Under the pieces are notes generated by a model. That model was not told where the DNA came from, ran no database searches, and was given only the letters and a program-made list of their open reading frames with translations. A stretch of DNA of 64,000 nucleotides from assembly GCF_009914755.1 (NCBI RefSeq), contig NC_060928.1. One strand, 5' to 3'. A program made the translations under genes and the position numbers. This document shows positions 1-15,392 of the stretch, in pieces (the first letter of the stretch is position 1; every line of letters starts with the position of its first letter). This DNA comes from the human T2T-CHM13v2.0 reference genome, Homo sapiens.

Positions 1-112
1 CACCTTGATCTTGAACTTTCCAGCCTCCAGATCTGTGAGAAATAAATTGTTATTGTTTAAGCCACCCAGGCAATTGTATATTCTCTTATAGCAGCCTGAA
101 CTGATGAAGACA
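1..112 (+). mobile_element. 3' end of MLT1 (MaLR) LTR, truncated by window edge
   Basis: CACCTTGATCTTGAACTTTCCAGCCTCCAGA..AATAAA..TTTAAGCCACCCAG..TATAGCAGCCTGAACTGATGAAGACA resembles the MLT1 LTR 3' terminus ending in CA. Confidence 0.8.
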
Positions 113-1977
113 GCATGTAGACAAGGTTACCCATGTTTTCCTCCTTAACAAGGATTCTAAAATTAAGCTGTGTTTCTGTGTTTTAGAAGAGACATGTGTC
201 CAACTCACTACAATCTTTATATTTTAAAAAGTAAAGTGTGCATTAATTTGATGACTTGCATATTATATATTTATCAACAATTAAAATAGCACAAATAACA
301 AAACAGACATAAATAGATTGGTTAATTTGGGTCAAAATAGTTTATTATTAGAAATAACATTTTGTCAGGCAATTAAAGTACTGTGAATGAGTAATAGCAA
401 TAGATCCTCATATTAAGGTCATTTTGTGTGTGTGTATAAAAATGATGCCTATACTAAATATCTGAAATCTTAACATGGAGAGAGAATTAGCTTAAGATCA
501 GTATAACAATTTAAACTTTGCAATAGAGACCAGGAAATTTAACCACTGTTTCATTCATTTGAGAAATCTCTTCAGAATGCCTAAGGGTTGAAACAGACTA
601 AACTGAAATGTGGTGGAGTACTCCATCCCCAGACATACCCGTCTTGAATTACACAGAGCAACTGCTGTAGACTTCACCACAAAAAAGACAGAGTGCTCTG
701 AAATGCACTGTGAAGGACAACCTGCTTGCATTCCTGCTAGATTAAACAATATGTTTCTGCATCTGACCAGATGAATTTTTTCGATAACATCAAACCCCAA
801 ATCCAAAAACTTTCAGCAGCCAGACATTTAGTTCAAAATCTTCCCTAATTGTTGCCAACACAGCAGCTGCCAGGAGCCCAGATCTGACCAACAGAGCATT
901 TTCCATTATCCTACAACAAAGAGGGTGATGAAAGGAGATCCTCCCTCTCCAGGACTATCTGATTTGGCTTAGATTTGGAGGAAAGTTGGGGGGAGGGGAA
1001 AGGGAAAATAACAAAATATTTTGGCCAGTTTAGGATAATGGGAAAGTCCCTAAATAGTCCTCTGAGTTCTAAAAGCTTTCTCATCTTTGGGAGTAAGAGA
1101 GCTGCCAGAATGTATGCAATCTTATTTTTAGTCTCATTCTTTGGAAAGAATTGTATTTCCCAAACTTCACCAAGTTCACTGAAAGGTTAAAGGGTAAATA
1201 TATGGCTGATGAGAGTGCTGTCCTGCTTATTAGAAGAAATGAGCTGGATGAAATGGATGACTATCTCCCACTTTTCTAAAACTAAGAGGAAACCACATAT
1301 CATTGAAACCCATTGAGGCAAAAAACAGACTAAATGTAAGTCATGACTATCCAAATAATCCAGAATAGAGTTATGCCATCAGGATTGCCTTTCATAGTCT
1401 GTTCTAGTTTATTTAAAAGGAGAGACAGGGATTATGGTCATCAGAACATTCTACAGAAATGTTCGAGAGTCAAAGTCCCTAATCATGTGTTCAGCCACTG
1501 CTCACCCATGGATTAACATTGTGATCAGCACAATAAAGGTCTAGGCCTCACATAGGTATGGTAAATTCTTCTTATAAAGATGTCTTAGAAACCTGGAAAT
1601 CCCTCAGCCCTGTGGAAAGGTAGTGCCAGGACACAAGTCATTGCTAATGAGCCCCAGAAGAAAAAGTAACACAGTAATGTGAATGTAAACCTTATTCAGT
1701 AGCAGTTTTTCCAGCAGCTCCCATTTGCTGAACATTATGCTAGAACCTGGGGAATCCCCATCCTTTGGGAAATTGTTCAATGCACCTTTAATGATTAAGT
1801 GCAATGTGATAAGTACCATAAGTGATACATCCACATTTTGTGGAATTGAGATAAGAAACAATTCACAATTCACAATATCTGGAAGAAATAGAGTCTTGAA
1901 CTATGGATTCAAGTAAATCCCAGGAAGGGATCACTGGGTAAATCCAGTGATTTACCCAGAAAAACTAAGGGTAAATG

Positions 1978-2285
1978 CAGGTTGATTATTCCTCATCTGA
2001 AGTGCTTGGGAAGAAAAATGTTTCAGATTTCAGATTTTTTTCAGATTTTGGAATATTTGCATATGCATAATGAGGTATCTTATACACATAGCCTGAAAAT
2101 AATTTTATACAATATTTTTAATAATTTGGGGCATTAAACAAAGTTTTGAATGCATTTTGACTGCAGCCAGTAACAAGATCAGGTGTGGAATTTTCTGCTT
2201 ATGGCATCAAGTCTGTGTTCAAAAATTTTTAGTTTTGAGGGCATTTTGGATGTTAGATTTTCAGTTTAGGGATGCTCAATCTGTA
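1978..2285. mobile_element. Tigger4/MER46 (Zombi) non-autonomous TcMar DNA transposon
   Basis: Begins CAGGTTGATTATTCCTCATCTGAA, ends TTCAGTTTAGGGATGCTCAATCTG-TA (degenerate TIRs); internal AGTGCTTGGG..TTTCAGATTTT typical of Tigger4. Confidence 0.8.
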
Positions 2286-2389
2286 GTAACCTAGAAGAGA
2301 GAATAGCATGTTCAAAGGTGTAGAAGCTTCAAAGACAGTACATTAAAGAATCCAAGAATCAAATGAAACAAACATACAAAATTCTATTT

Positions 2390-2878
2390 TGGTAAAAAGA
2401 CTGCAAAACAGGCCACACATTTGCACACCTGTTTGTGATGTAACTTTGCAAAGGACAGATTCTATTCCTTTACTTATTAAATCTGGGCTTGGCTATGTGA
2501 TTTGTTTTGTTCAATGAGGCACAAGCATTATCAAATGTGGTACAAGCAGAAGTTTCAAAAATGCTTGCACTTTTCACACAGGAATAAGCTTAGGAAAGCC
2601 TGCAGGGAGCATATGCTTAAGCCACCACCTTCACATTTGCTGATAGCCAACACCAACCACTACTCATGGGAGTGAGGCCAGCAGAGACCACCCAGTTCCC
2701 GATAGATCAGCCAGGTGACTGCACCCACACCAATGAGCCTAAGTAAAACTGGCGGCAACAAAAACAACAACAACAACAACAACAAATGTGATTCACAGAA
2801 TAATTAGCTAAGAAATTATTATTTTCTGAAGACAATAAGTCTTGGATTTGGTTGGTTACAGTACAAAAGCTAACATGG
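2390..2878 (+). mobile_element. Old MLT1 (F-I-like) solo LTR with internal (AAC)n
   Basis: CTGGGCTTGGCTATGTGATTTGTTTTG and 3' TTGGATTTGGTTGGTTACAGTACAAAAGCTAACA; (AAC)n at ~2755-2786. Confidence 0.6.
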
Positions 2879-2897
2879 TTGTGATGCTACAGAAGAG

Positions 2898-3440
2898 TGT
2901 ATTAGTCAGGGTTCTTGAATGAAAATCTATATGTAACTGATTTTAGCTAGTTTAATAAGAAACGATCCTATTAAATGAAATGATATTAGACAGTTTGTAG
3001 ACCCTCCAGGAGGGCCAGATGATTAGATGTGGAGTGCATGCAGCCAGAAACAAAGTCCAAATGACCAGCAGAAATCTTTTCCTGGCTACACCACTGCCTC
3101 CACCACAGGGTCCAGCCACGCAAAATTGCCTCTCTCACCTCGGTCACTGAGCACTGGATCCTCTTGATAGAACCCCTGCAACTTCTGGACACACAGTGTA
3201 ACTGCTGTCCCCCTCATGATAAATCCCATATGTCACCTCCTTATTTGCAAGACTGGCTTCTAAATTAAAGTCTCCAGCTGGTTGGCATGATAACCCTCCA
3301 GTAGTGAAGCAAGGTATTGAGGGAGTGGATTTGTGACTTTAATTCTATGAAATAATGAGCTTACAAAGTAAGAAATACTCTAGGAATAGAAAGAGTGTTT
3401 ATAGGTAGCAGGTGGCAAACGACAATTTGTAAATGTCCAT
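2898..3440 (-). mobile_element. Ancient MLT1 (K/L-like) LTR
   Basis: Starts TGTATTAGTCAGGGTTCTTG; ends near ACAATTTGTAAATGTCCATTA; heavily decayed. Confidence 0.45.
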
Positions 3441-4289
3441 TAAAGAGTACTTCTTTATATTTACACCCTACTTTAGTACTTAAATGTGCAAATGGCAAGA
3501 GCAAATATATTCTTCCAAATATAATTCAATTATCACTCCACTAATAAAAATTTCTTTATGCCCTCCTCAGAGGGAGATATTACAGCCTTCCATCAAAATA
3601 GCCAAATCCAGGACTTCTGAATAATCATTATTCCAAGATCATTCTATCCAAGATCATTACTAATCTAGTTTTGTCGTAAGTGTCTCTTGTTGCTGGATAT
3701 TCTGTAAACTATGAGTTAAGAGATAAAGTTTCCCACCATGAAGATATCCTATATAAAAGAGAAAAAGCAAAAGGGGGAGATATGCTAGAATAGTCAAATG
3801 CATACATGACACATGAAAGAAAAAAAAACGTGTAAATACTGCAAGTAGTCACAAGGGTGCATTTAGAATTTATAACATTTCTCCTCCTTCATGTAAACAT
3901 GTTTTTGTTTTGTTTGTTTGTTTGTTTTACCCTCCATCATCTGCTCATTTGGTTAAGGTTCTTTACCCGTTGACGTAACCCAAACGTATTCCTCAGAGAT
4001 CTGAAACCAGAGGGTCTACTTTTAATGCAACAATCTTTTTTATTTTTACATGTTTGCACACCCCTTTAATGACTGGCTTATAATCTTTCACAAATTTTTA
4101 TCATTGGACATGACAATCTCATGGGGTGCCTGTGTTCCAAACATACTACCCCCTCCCTGCATTTTGAATAGCAGCCACATTAATAGTGCATGAAAGAAGT
4201 CCCTTTTGTGGGACAAGTTTAGCCAAAAGTAATTAGGTAGTAAAGAACAAAGCCAATCCATCGTTTCTACCTCCAGGAATTTAAGACTT

Positions 4290-4520
4290 CTATCTTCAGA
4301 GCCTAGATCAAGGACCAGCGAAGTTTTTCTTAAACAGCAAAACAGTAAATATTTTAAGATGAGACCAAATCTAAGATATAATGTGGGCACTTATGAAAAC
4401 CATTTAAATTGATACCACTTAAAAACATAAAAGCCAACCTTAGCTCGTGAACCATAAAACAAAACAAAACAAAACAAAAAATGGGTCACTAACAAGATCT
4501 AGCCATTACTGATTGACAAT
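4290..4520 (-). mobile_element. MER58-like hAT-Charlie fossil
   Basis: TTTTTCTTAAACAGCAAAACAGTAAATATTTTA and AAAAGCCAACCTTAGCTCGTGAACCATAAAAC resemble reverse MER58; (AAAAC)n inside. Confidence 0.6.
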
Positions 4521-5517
4521 TATGAGATGCCATGATGTGATGTCATCAGGAGAATCCTCTTTACCCTTACAAGGTATTTGCACCTGGCAAAGCCATTCTA
4601 GGGAAACATTCTCATTAGACAGGGAAGAAATGACATCTTCTTGTGGAAAAACCGTGTTGGTTATTTTAGCAGAAAAGAAATCTATTAAGGGTAGTTAGTC
4701 AGCTTGTTGCTGTCACAGGAGGTCTTAGAATCTACACAGCAAACCACAAGGTACAAAGGCTGCAAATTCACTGGAGGCCCTGCTCCCCTTGAGATGGCCC
4801 TATTGCCACCACTGCACACTGATGTCCAAGCACCCAAAGTCTCCTCCCCAAAGCCAGACCACAGATGCTACTACTAGAACTTCTGCCACTGAAGCATCTG
4901 AAACTGGATGTCCCTAACCCCACTCAAACCAGATGCTCCTGCTTATCTGTGTCTCTAGTTCCAAAATCCCGAGCTTACACAAGTAGTCAGATTGACAGAG
5001 TCTTGGGTGTATCTTTCAGTCTCAGTTATAAAAAAAGAATATTAGAAAAGTTGTTTTCTGGTTTTTACTCTGTGGAACAAATTCAAGCGGTTCAATGGTA
5101 TTGGGGAGGAGCAAATAAAATAACCAAGTTACAAGATGTGAAGTGACTTGTTCATGAGCATTCAGGAAAGAAGCAGCAACATCACAATTCCAATTAAGTT
5201 CTTTGCTCCCTGAGCTCAAGCTATTCACCACCACAGGAGACAGCCAAAGTGTGTAGATAGTAATCGAACACAGGAGTGCAGATAAAGTTGCTAGGATGCT
5301 GTGTAAAACAAAGAAAACAACTGACAATGAGTCATTAGCAATCCCATATTTTAAAATGTGGGAGAAGAGACCCTATTAAAGCAGACTAAGAGGGGGAAGA
5401 GAATAGAAAAAACAGCTGGGAAAGAATGAGTGTCAAAGATCTCAAGTGAAGGAAGAAATTCAAAAAGACATTTGCAAGGGGCATTAACAATAGCTCAGAA
5501 GTCAAAGGAGAAAATAA

Positions 5518-5582
5518 TATCTATATCTATATCTATAACTATATCTATATCTATATCTATATCTATATCTATATCTATATCT
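5518..5582. repeat. (ATATCT)n hexanucleotide microsatellite
   Basis: About 10-11 copies read directly, one interruption; source of the ISISIS run in ORF 5430..5636. Confidence 0.95.
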
Positions 5583-6769
5583 CCAACCATCTTTAGGAGT
5601 CAGCAGTTAAGGGAGTATAGACAACCTCCACCATAAAGTGAAGTCATAAGGACAGACAGATTCAGCTGGTTGGGAAAAGAATGTGAAATGAATAAGTCTA
5701 GTCAAATATTTCACACTTTCCTACTAAGGGGTAAAGTAATTATAAAGAAAAATGTTTCGAGATGGACGGAGATCCCAGGAAGTGTTGCCTAATTGTTTTT
5801 CAAATGGGAGAAACATAACCAAGTTTATATGTCAGTTTCCTTGTGAAGAAGAGGACAAAGTGACCCTCTCAGATTTCTGGGGGACAGCAATGGAGTGAGT
5901 AAAAGTCTCCAAGGAGTGACAGGAAGTTTTACAAAGATACTCCAGGGGGCATTCAGAAGGACACTAACCAGAGCTATGCTCTCACAGTTTCTAGCGCCAC
6001 TGAAATCCCAGCTAAGGCTCATGTCTGTGAGTCTGAAGATGCTTTCAGGGGTCTTGCTATATACTCCAAGATAATGATAGGAAAAAAGACATGGGGCTTC
6101 ACTGAGAATATGGCATAAAGATAAGGAAGCAAAGAACTTGGAAGTGGTGGTCACAGGGTCTTCTAAGTAATGAACCAGGAATCTATGCTGGGTTTACAAG
6201 AAAGTGATCTGAGATGGTTGCTACATCACAAGGGGTTTTCAAGAGCCCAGAAGTTTCTATGCAAAATTTTGTGTGTGTAAGTGAAAGTTCTTCATCAGTA
6301 GAGCCGTTGAAGAGGATTGAGTGAAAAGCATTTGGAGGACAGGTAACAATGGGGGAATAGAAAAGAGGGAAGAAAGGTAGTTCAGATTACAGCTGACATT
6401 GGAATGAAAGTAGCTTATTAGATAAACAGATGATGGAAGTATGTAGCCTCCCCAACCCCATTCCCAGTCATTCCCCTAAGCAGGGGCAAGATGCCAGGCA
6501 CTAAAATTACAGATCTAAACACTTGTTCCAAAGTCAATGCCTTAAGGAAAAAGAAATAAATGTTTCTCTAACTTCCTGAAGAGTGATATTAAAATAAACA
6601 TCTATCCAGGCATGTGTCTCCTATAGACAGCAGAATAGAATTCATGATGCCACATTCCAAGACCTGGATGGGAGAAAGAACAGGTTGTTATTATTATGAA
6701 TCACAAAACATACTTTTGTAATTTCTAATTATGTAAAAATATTAAAATCTGAAAGGAAAACTTATTCAA

Positions 6770-8420
<1,651 letters not shown>

Positions 8421-10299
8421 AAAGCAGGGATTGAAAGCAGAATTTTTTTTTTTAATTTCTTTTATTTTTTGAGAATCTGAGCTGGGAAGGCCAGAGGAAA
8501 AAAAAATGAAATAGTGCTTTGTCTGTCCTGAAGAAGTCTTGTCTGATACCTGTTCTTAAGCTTATACAACTAAAAAAAATAAAATTTAATAGAGCATTTA
8601 AAATTAGATGACTTCACATTAAAATCAAACTGTCCTTGAAATGTCCACTGACCTGGCAACACATATTTATATTCTGTCTGTTGTTTGCCAAAAGGGACAC
8701 TGTGCCTGGAGAATTTATATGACTTGCCCAATATTATAGCTAGTCAAGGACTGGCACCTACGACTGCTGAGTTCAAGTTCTGTTTCCTTTGCAAAATTCC
8801 ACTGTGCTTCTCATTCCTGCTTCTCAGGAATATAAGTCTGCCTTCCAATGGAATTCTGGAATGATCAGAGACACCCAACTCAGACTTATGCTCATATGAT
8901 CCTGACCTGGAACCAATTTGTGCCCTTAGATGTGCAGGGTGAAATCAAAGCCCTCCAGTCTGGGGTTCTCCATCTCTGCTTCAGCAACTTCTAGGACTGA
9001 AAGAATGTTCCCTCTTCGTATGTTCAAAGGAGAACTGCAGGAATCCTTGGAGAAATTTCTCTCAGAATCAATTACTGTAGATGAGCACAAGCACTGTTAG
9101 TCATGACTCACGAAATGATGAAAGTAAGAAACAGTCAAGAATCCAATAAGAAATAAAATAATTGGCTAGGTTCATGATTTATACTCACTGTCCTCCAAAT
9201 GTCTGGTCTCTGGAATGGAAATATCTTTCCTTAATTCTGTTATGGTTCTCTGCTCAGGGGAGCTACTGTTCCGGAGATCAATAAAACTCAACATGAAAAT
9301 TATTCTCTTTGCCACTGTTGGGGAAACTCTTATTTACTCTATTGTTTTTTGGGCATATGTATCAGATTGTTTTATTCAATTAAACAATATTTTGCTTTCA
9401 TATATATGTGATTCTTACTGGCTACAAGGTAATTGTATAATTAATGTAATTGGCTTGAAAATAAAATGTTGCTTTTTATGAGCATCACGACTTTTTTTTA
9501 ACCATATCTTTTTCTATATTGTGAGCTCTGAACACAAAAGGAAGAATTTTTAAATGTCCCCTTTCTTCAGGTTTAGTCTGGTGCTTCTTTATTTTCCTCC
9601 TTTTTCCCCTGTTTTCACCTAGCTCTTTGTCACAAGTCTGGAAAATACAGAAAAAAATTACCTTTCTTTCTATTTGCAGACTCTTAAAAAGCTATGTTGG
9701 CAATGGTGAATATTTATTTTAAATGCTGTCAGTTTGAAATTTGTTGTCACCTTAATAAAAACTTAAAACAAATGACATAAGTAAACAGAATTTAACCAAA
9801 AAAATAAATGAGTCAATGAACATGAATAGAAATTTCTTATTTTATCTGGCAAGCGAGTGAAGATATATATCAGTTTTATATCCTTCTTGAAAGTTATCTA
9901 AGTGTTCATCACACACAAAACAATGTTTCCTCCCAAAAGAAAAACTACATTTAAGGAATTTAGCTTAAATAGGTAAAACTAATAAACTATTGAAACTTCT
10001 AAATTAGATTTATATTTTTTATGTCTCTTTTAAGGCAGTGAAGGTAAAAATGATTTTATTTCACTTTACACAGTATTAAATTTCCTCTAAAAACTTCCAC
10101 ATAGTTTATACCAATATAAATAAAAAGTGTTTCTTCCAGGAACTTAAAGGAATTACATTTGAACACAATTAAGAAAATAAATGTAAACCTTAATAATCTT
10201 ACTCATGTCAAATTGTGCTCCAATACACCTAAGTGTCAAATAGTAGTACACACCTCTTTGCTTATTTGTGAACTTGAACTTGATGCAGAGATTACAATG

Positions 10300-10625
10300 G
10301 TTCCTGTGGCGGTGTGGCTTCCTCAAGAGGCCAGCTCTGAGATGGGTGTAGTATGCTAAAGATTTATGAGAAATCTTAGAATCAGCACCAGCGAAGGAAA
10401 GGGAAGGGAAGGAAGGAGAAATGGACAAAAAAAAATGATGGCTGTGATACAGTCTCAACATTGGCCTCGGCCATCCCTATGCAGAGCTCTAAGGCTGAGA
10501 TGAACCTCCAGATTCTCCTAGCTGGAGAAAGAGGCCTAAGTGTTTATATCCCATGTCTACCAGTCACTGGGCATAGATCACCCTGGGAAGGGCCCATGAT
10601 CTTGGGCCCTTCCAACAGAAGGAGT
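10300..10625 (-). mobile_element. LTR16-like ERVL solo LTR
   Basis: CTCTGAGATGG..TTTATGAG..ATCAGCACC..GGAAGGGAAGGAAG..GCTGTGATACAG resembles reverse LTR16C. Confidence 0.55.
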
Positions 10626-12329
10626 TATTTAAATACATCTACATCTCCTAGCCCAATTTATATACTTACATTTGAGATTTGTCTTTTATCACAGTTATAT
10701 CACCAAAAATTATAGAAAGAGGAACATAACAAGTATGTTTTTTGGTAATATTAAGAAAAAAAAGTATTCAAATCAGAAAAGTATCTTATTCTGCCCCCTA
10801 ACTCCCCATCCTCCCACCCCCACTGATCCATCAAATCCCCCCTAAAAGCTGGCTCTTCCTTCAACCATGGATGAAAACATGGATAATCTTCATAACTATT
10901 CTCTCTCCCTCATAAAACTAAAATGTCCTCTGATCACTTATGGCCACTGTTACAGATCGATTTTTTTTGCTGATCAATGTATTAAGATCCAAGCATTTTT
11001 TTAAAGAACGCATAATTTAGTTTAGGGTTGAACTTCTTCTTTTCCAGCATTTTATCTCCTTCAGATTATCAGCCTGCTTGGTGGGCTTTATTTTTTCACT
11101 CGACTGGCTTCTCTCCCACTACCCAATCCCAGGCTGTTTGTGGCTTCTTGTCCCCTGTTACTGATAGAGGGAGTGAGAGGCGGATGCAATGGGGAGCAGT
11201 TTAGTTAATAAGGAGGAATGTATCTGTTCCATCAATTCCCAAATTCTGACCAGCCTTTGTGAAGCCATTCCCACAAGGCTTCAGGTGAAAAGGACATTCT
11301 TCCTTTTTTATAGGAATTTATAGCACACCAAAGATTCATATTCTTCAAAGAAAGACTTAATTCTTGATATCCTTGGCCCTTTCAACTCCAACTGTTGTAC
11401 TCTAGAAATCAATGAAAGGTCAAAGTTTCCAAATCTGTTTTCTTCACCTCTTTTTCAAGTCTTGCACTGATGATGAGGCCTATCCTGCTGGAATGTGGTC
11501 ATATTTGCCATGATGATTTTGTTGGTGATCTTTAGGACTCGTTTAACAATGAGGCCACAAAATTCCCGTTTCAACAAATTCTCTCTAACATTATTCAAAA
11601 GGTAGATGCAGAAGCCATGCATATTAATCACCCAGGCTCTTGTGTGACACAAATTAAATATATTTTAATGCTTGTGCAAGACACTTAGAGAGACCCTCAC
11701 TGAATTCCCTTACAGGCCAAGCTTAGCTAGTAGCTTTACTAATGCAGTAAAACTTCTATTTATCCACTTAGGTCATTGAGCTAATTTACAGGACCTGATT
11801 GTCAAATCAGACTCTCAGGAATCAGAGCTTTTACCTATCAAACTTTACTAAATAATTTCAAGGATGTAGTCAAGGAAAAGGCTCAGAAAACGCAAAGACC
11901 TATCTGGATCATCAATGGCAGCTCCCAGATTCTGGTTCAGATTAATAAATTCAGAACTTTTAAAATATTAAACAATTTGAGGGAATGGCACAGCTTTCAT
12001 GACATGACCTTCCCATCCCCTAGAAGCCATACCTGATAAATCCCAGGTTCTATTTTCCTAGGCAATCCCTAGCTTGGGACATCCTAGTAAAAGCAGTTAA
12101 GAGTTAATGTGTTTCTTACTAGCAAATAACGTTAGTTTTTTACTCAGCAGTTAAGTTGACAGGGAGATTTTAAGGAGTCACCTATCTTCTTTTCTTTCCT
12201 CCAGTACTGTTTCTACCATCCACCATTCTACCATAAAGGGAGTGAAAAGATCTCAGGCCATCGACTTTAACACCTTCCTCTCAGCTGCTTAATGCTAGAA
12301 TTCACTACTGGGGGGAAAGAAAGTGTTAG

Positions 12330-12906
12330 TTTACCTGTAGGGTATAATTTACAAACTAGTTTAATGCAACAAAAATAAAAAATCAGGGGGATTAGGTGAA
12401 AGTAAATGACTCATAACATTATTAGAAGTCTCCATTTTAAAATTAAAACTAGGTTCTCAAGTAAAATAATGAAAAAAAGTTATATATTGGCTCATATTCC
12501 TTAAAGGTCTCAGATAATCTTCCAAGGCTCATTTTTCTGCCCTCTTTCTCTGAGTTGGCTCAATTATTTGAGTCCATGTAGCAGTCCCCATAAGCTGCAG
12601 GTTTACAGCCAGACCAGAAGACTGAATCTAGCAGAAAGAAAGAACCTACTAGCTCAAACTAAAGGCCTAGAACTGTATTTAGTTGACTGCAATGGTTGAC
12701 TTGGGTCATGAGCTCATTCCTGAACTAGTAACTGTGGCCAGTGGGACTGGCTATCCTGATCATTCCTAGGAGTTCCTGAAGTGTAGGGAGGGTGCAGCAC
12801 ATGGAAAGAACATGGTGAGGAAACATTCATTCTAGGCAGATGAGATACTGTTGCCATAGAAAGATGGAGGAGAAGTTGCAATCTGAAAACAACAAATGTC
12901 TACCAC
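12330..12906 (-). mobile_element. Ancient MLT1 (J/K-like) LTR
   Basis: GACTTGGGTCATGAGCTCATTCCTGAACTAGTAACTGTGGCCAG and terminal AAAACAACAAATGTCTACCACA. Confidence 0.6.
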
Positions 12907-13183
12907 ATCCTCAGACAAGAATTGGAGGAAAGGTCAAAGTAGATCAAAGTTAAACAAGTTTTAAAATTACACTATGGGTTTACTGTATACCACAGAGTTT
13001 AAAATATATTGAATTGAGGAGAGATTAAAAAACTGTTGATGAGTCAAATAAATGTAAAAAAATTATCTTTGACAGTTTGGCAGAAAGGTAAAGGTAATAG
13101 AAAGAGGCAACTAGGAAACCCACAGTTTTCTGAGACCCTGCCCTGAACTTCCTCTAACATCTGCGCTTTAAAATTTCTACTTC

Positions 13184-13478
13184 ACACTGGGTGCAGAGTC
13201 TCACGCCTGTAATCCAGCACTTTGGAAGGTCAAGGTGGGAGGATTGCATGAGCCCAAGTTAGAGACCAGCCTGGGCAACATGGTGAGACTTTGTCTCTCC
13301 AAGAAGTAAACAAAATTATCCTGGCATGGTAGTACATGCCTGTAGTCCCAGCTGCTCAGGAGGCTGAAGTGGAAGGATGGCTTGAGCATTGGAGATCAAG
13401 GCTGCAGTGAGCTGAGATTGCGCCACTGTATTCCAGCCTGGGCAATAGAGCTGGACCCTGTTTCAAAAAAATATATAG
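13184..13478 (+). mobile_element. AluJ (Jo-like) SINE
   Basis: GGAGGATTGCATGAGCCCA, CTGGGCAACATGGTGAGAC, AGGCTGCAGTGAG are J-type diagnostics; TSD AATTTCTACTTC at 13172-13183 and 13479-13490. Confidence 0.93.
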
Positions 13479-13616
13479 AATTTCTACTTCTACTTTTTTT
13501 TCCATCTCTTCATGCTCCTTTATCTACTACTCATTATGTTTTGAAGGCACTATCCACAGCCTAGAAATACCAGCAGACTTTCCAAGAGGACTTTTTAAAT
13601 AATTATGTAAATATAT

Positions 13617-13990
13617 TGTATTTACATATCATGCTGTTTTCATGCTGCCTATAAAGACATACTGGAGACTGGGCAATTTACAAAAGAAAGGCTTAACAGA
13701 TTTACAATTCCATATGTCTGAGGAGGCCTCACAATCATGGCAGAAGGCAAGGAGGAGCAAGTCACATCTTACATGGATGGCAGGAGACAAAGAGAGACCT
13801 TGTGCAGGGGAACGCCCATTTTTAAAACCATCAGATCTCTTGAGACTCATTTATTGTCACAAGAACAGCATGGGAAAGTCCTACCCCCATGATTCAATTA
13901 TCTCAGGCTGGGTACCTCCCACAACATGTGGGAATTGTGGGAATCGAAATCAAGATGAGATTTAGTTGGGGACACAGCCAAACCATATCA
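13617..13990 (-). mobile_element. THE1 (B/C-like) MaLR solo LTR
   Basis: CATGCTGCCTATAAAGACATACTGGAGACTGGG..GGAGCAAGTCACATCTTACATGG..GGGGACACAGCCAAACCATATCA; 5-bp TSD TATAT/TATGT. Confidence 0.93.
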
Positions 13991-14922
13991 TATGTATTAC
14001 ATCATTAACCTTATCTTAAATCTATGTACCCTCTGTCTCACCTATCTCTGAATATTTTTAATGAGAATAAGAATAACAATAATATTCCTCCTTTCATTTT
14101 CTTTCTTTGTTTACTTCAATGCAATCATGGATGCATTTCTTGGAAATGTTAGTCATGTTATTTTAAGTGAATTTTCCAGCACAAGTTTAAAGATAGACAT
14201 TTGAAAGATAAAAATCTGTTGCTAAAGGATAAAACTTTGCTTAAAGTAAATTCTGTGAAAATATTTAATGAAAAAGTCAGATAGTTTATTTTCTAAAATA
14301 TTTGTTTTCTGCTGTGCAATCTTTAAAGAGGTTACCAAAAAAGAAACAAAACAAAACAAAAAAACACCAAAAACCCGAAACTGAAAAATGTACCAGAGAA
14401 GAAAGGGAGCTGGCATACTTCAGTATTAGCAAACTTAATTTAGAATGGTCATATGTCAGACATAGAAAGTACATGGCCCGGTAGAAGGTATCAGCTGAGA
14501 AGGCCCACTAGTTGGCATTTGCTTTGTCAAATGACTGCCAGCCAGGATCTGACCTTCAGGGTGCTGACAAAATTGGAAAGCAGCTAATAGACTCAGAAAA
14601 CCAAGCTCATAAAATAGTGATCAATATGACTCATGACTACTGTCCCCAAAGGCAGTCTCTGCTCTAACCCCATGCCAAATTTAGAGCTAGACTCAGCACT
14701 TCTTTGCTTTCTCATTGAAGCTCTACTTGCACGAAATCCTGTATTATTGAAGTTGATGCTATTGGATATGTTAGAGAAGAGATGGAGAAAGAGGTTTTAC
14801 TTTGCGCACCTACAATAATTTGAGCAAAGCATCTTGAAAACATGTAATTTCCATAAAATTTCTCTTCATCATGACTGCTCAAGGAGGCTCCTCTTCTCTT
14901 TGACTCCTCCCCTCTGGCCTTC

Positions 14923-15392
14923 TGTGGCATAAAGCCCAAAATTAAGGCTCAGATATGTGTCATCTTGACATCTATTGAAAGGCCTTCCAAGGGCCTAAAT
15001 ACAAGTTCCCCTCCCAACTCTATGGATAAGGTCCACTAGCCAAAAAACCCTCCCTATCAAAAGGACCAGGTGCACTCCCTACTTATCCCTCAGTAGCAGG
15101 TTTCAGTTCCCTGCCAGCGAAATTATTCAAACAAGCTAGTCACATCCTCCTGGAACCAGTGGGTACTCCAACCTCTGGATACTACAATACCACAATGCCT
15201 GTCTCCCACAACTTCTGGTTGTCCAAGTGCAACCCTCATGTGACCCTGCACATCATGCTATACCCTTCTCCCTGGGCTGTGAGTATATACGACTCGTAAA
15301 TTGCCACCAGTTTCATCTGCCCACTAACAGATGTTGTTTGTTGGGCTATCCCCATAACTCTAAGATGGGAATGTAAAAGGTGATTAAAGTAC
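14923..15392 (+). mobile_element. ERV solo LTR (LTR47-like)
   Basis: AAAATTAAGGCTC..CTTGACATCT..GGCCTAAATACAAGTTCCCCTCCC..AATTATTCAAACAAGC; ~470 bp; family name from memory. Confidence 0.6.

Noticed and set aside
5938-5953. CTCF-like core CTCCAGGGGGCA
   Set aside because: Only a partial match; cannot be supported without PWM scoring or ChIP data
9658-9711. Good acceptor (CCTTTCTTTCTATTTGCAG) followed by 26 nt and ATG|GTGAAT
   Set aside because: Weak donor, not frame-preserving, no supporting context
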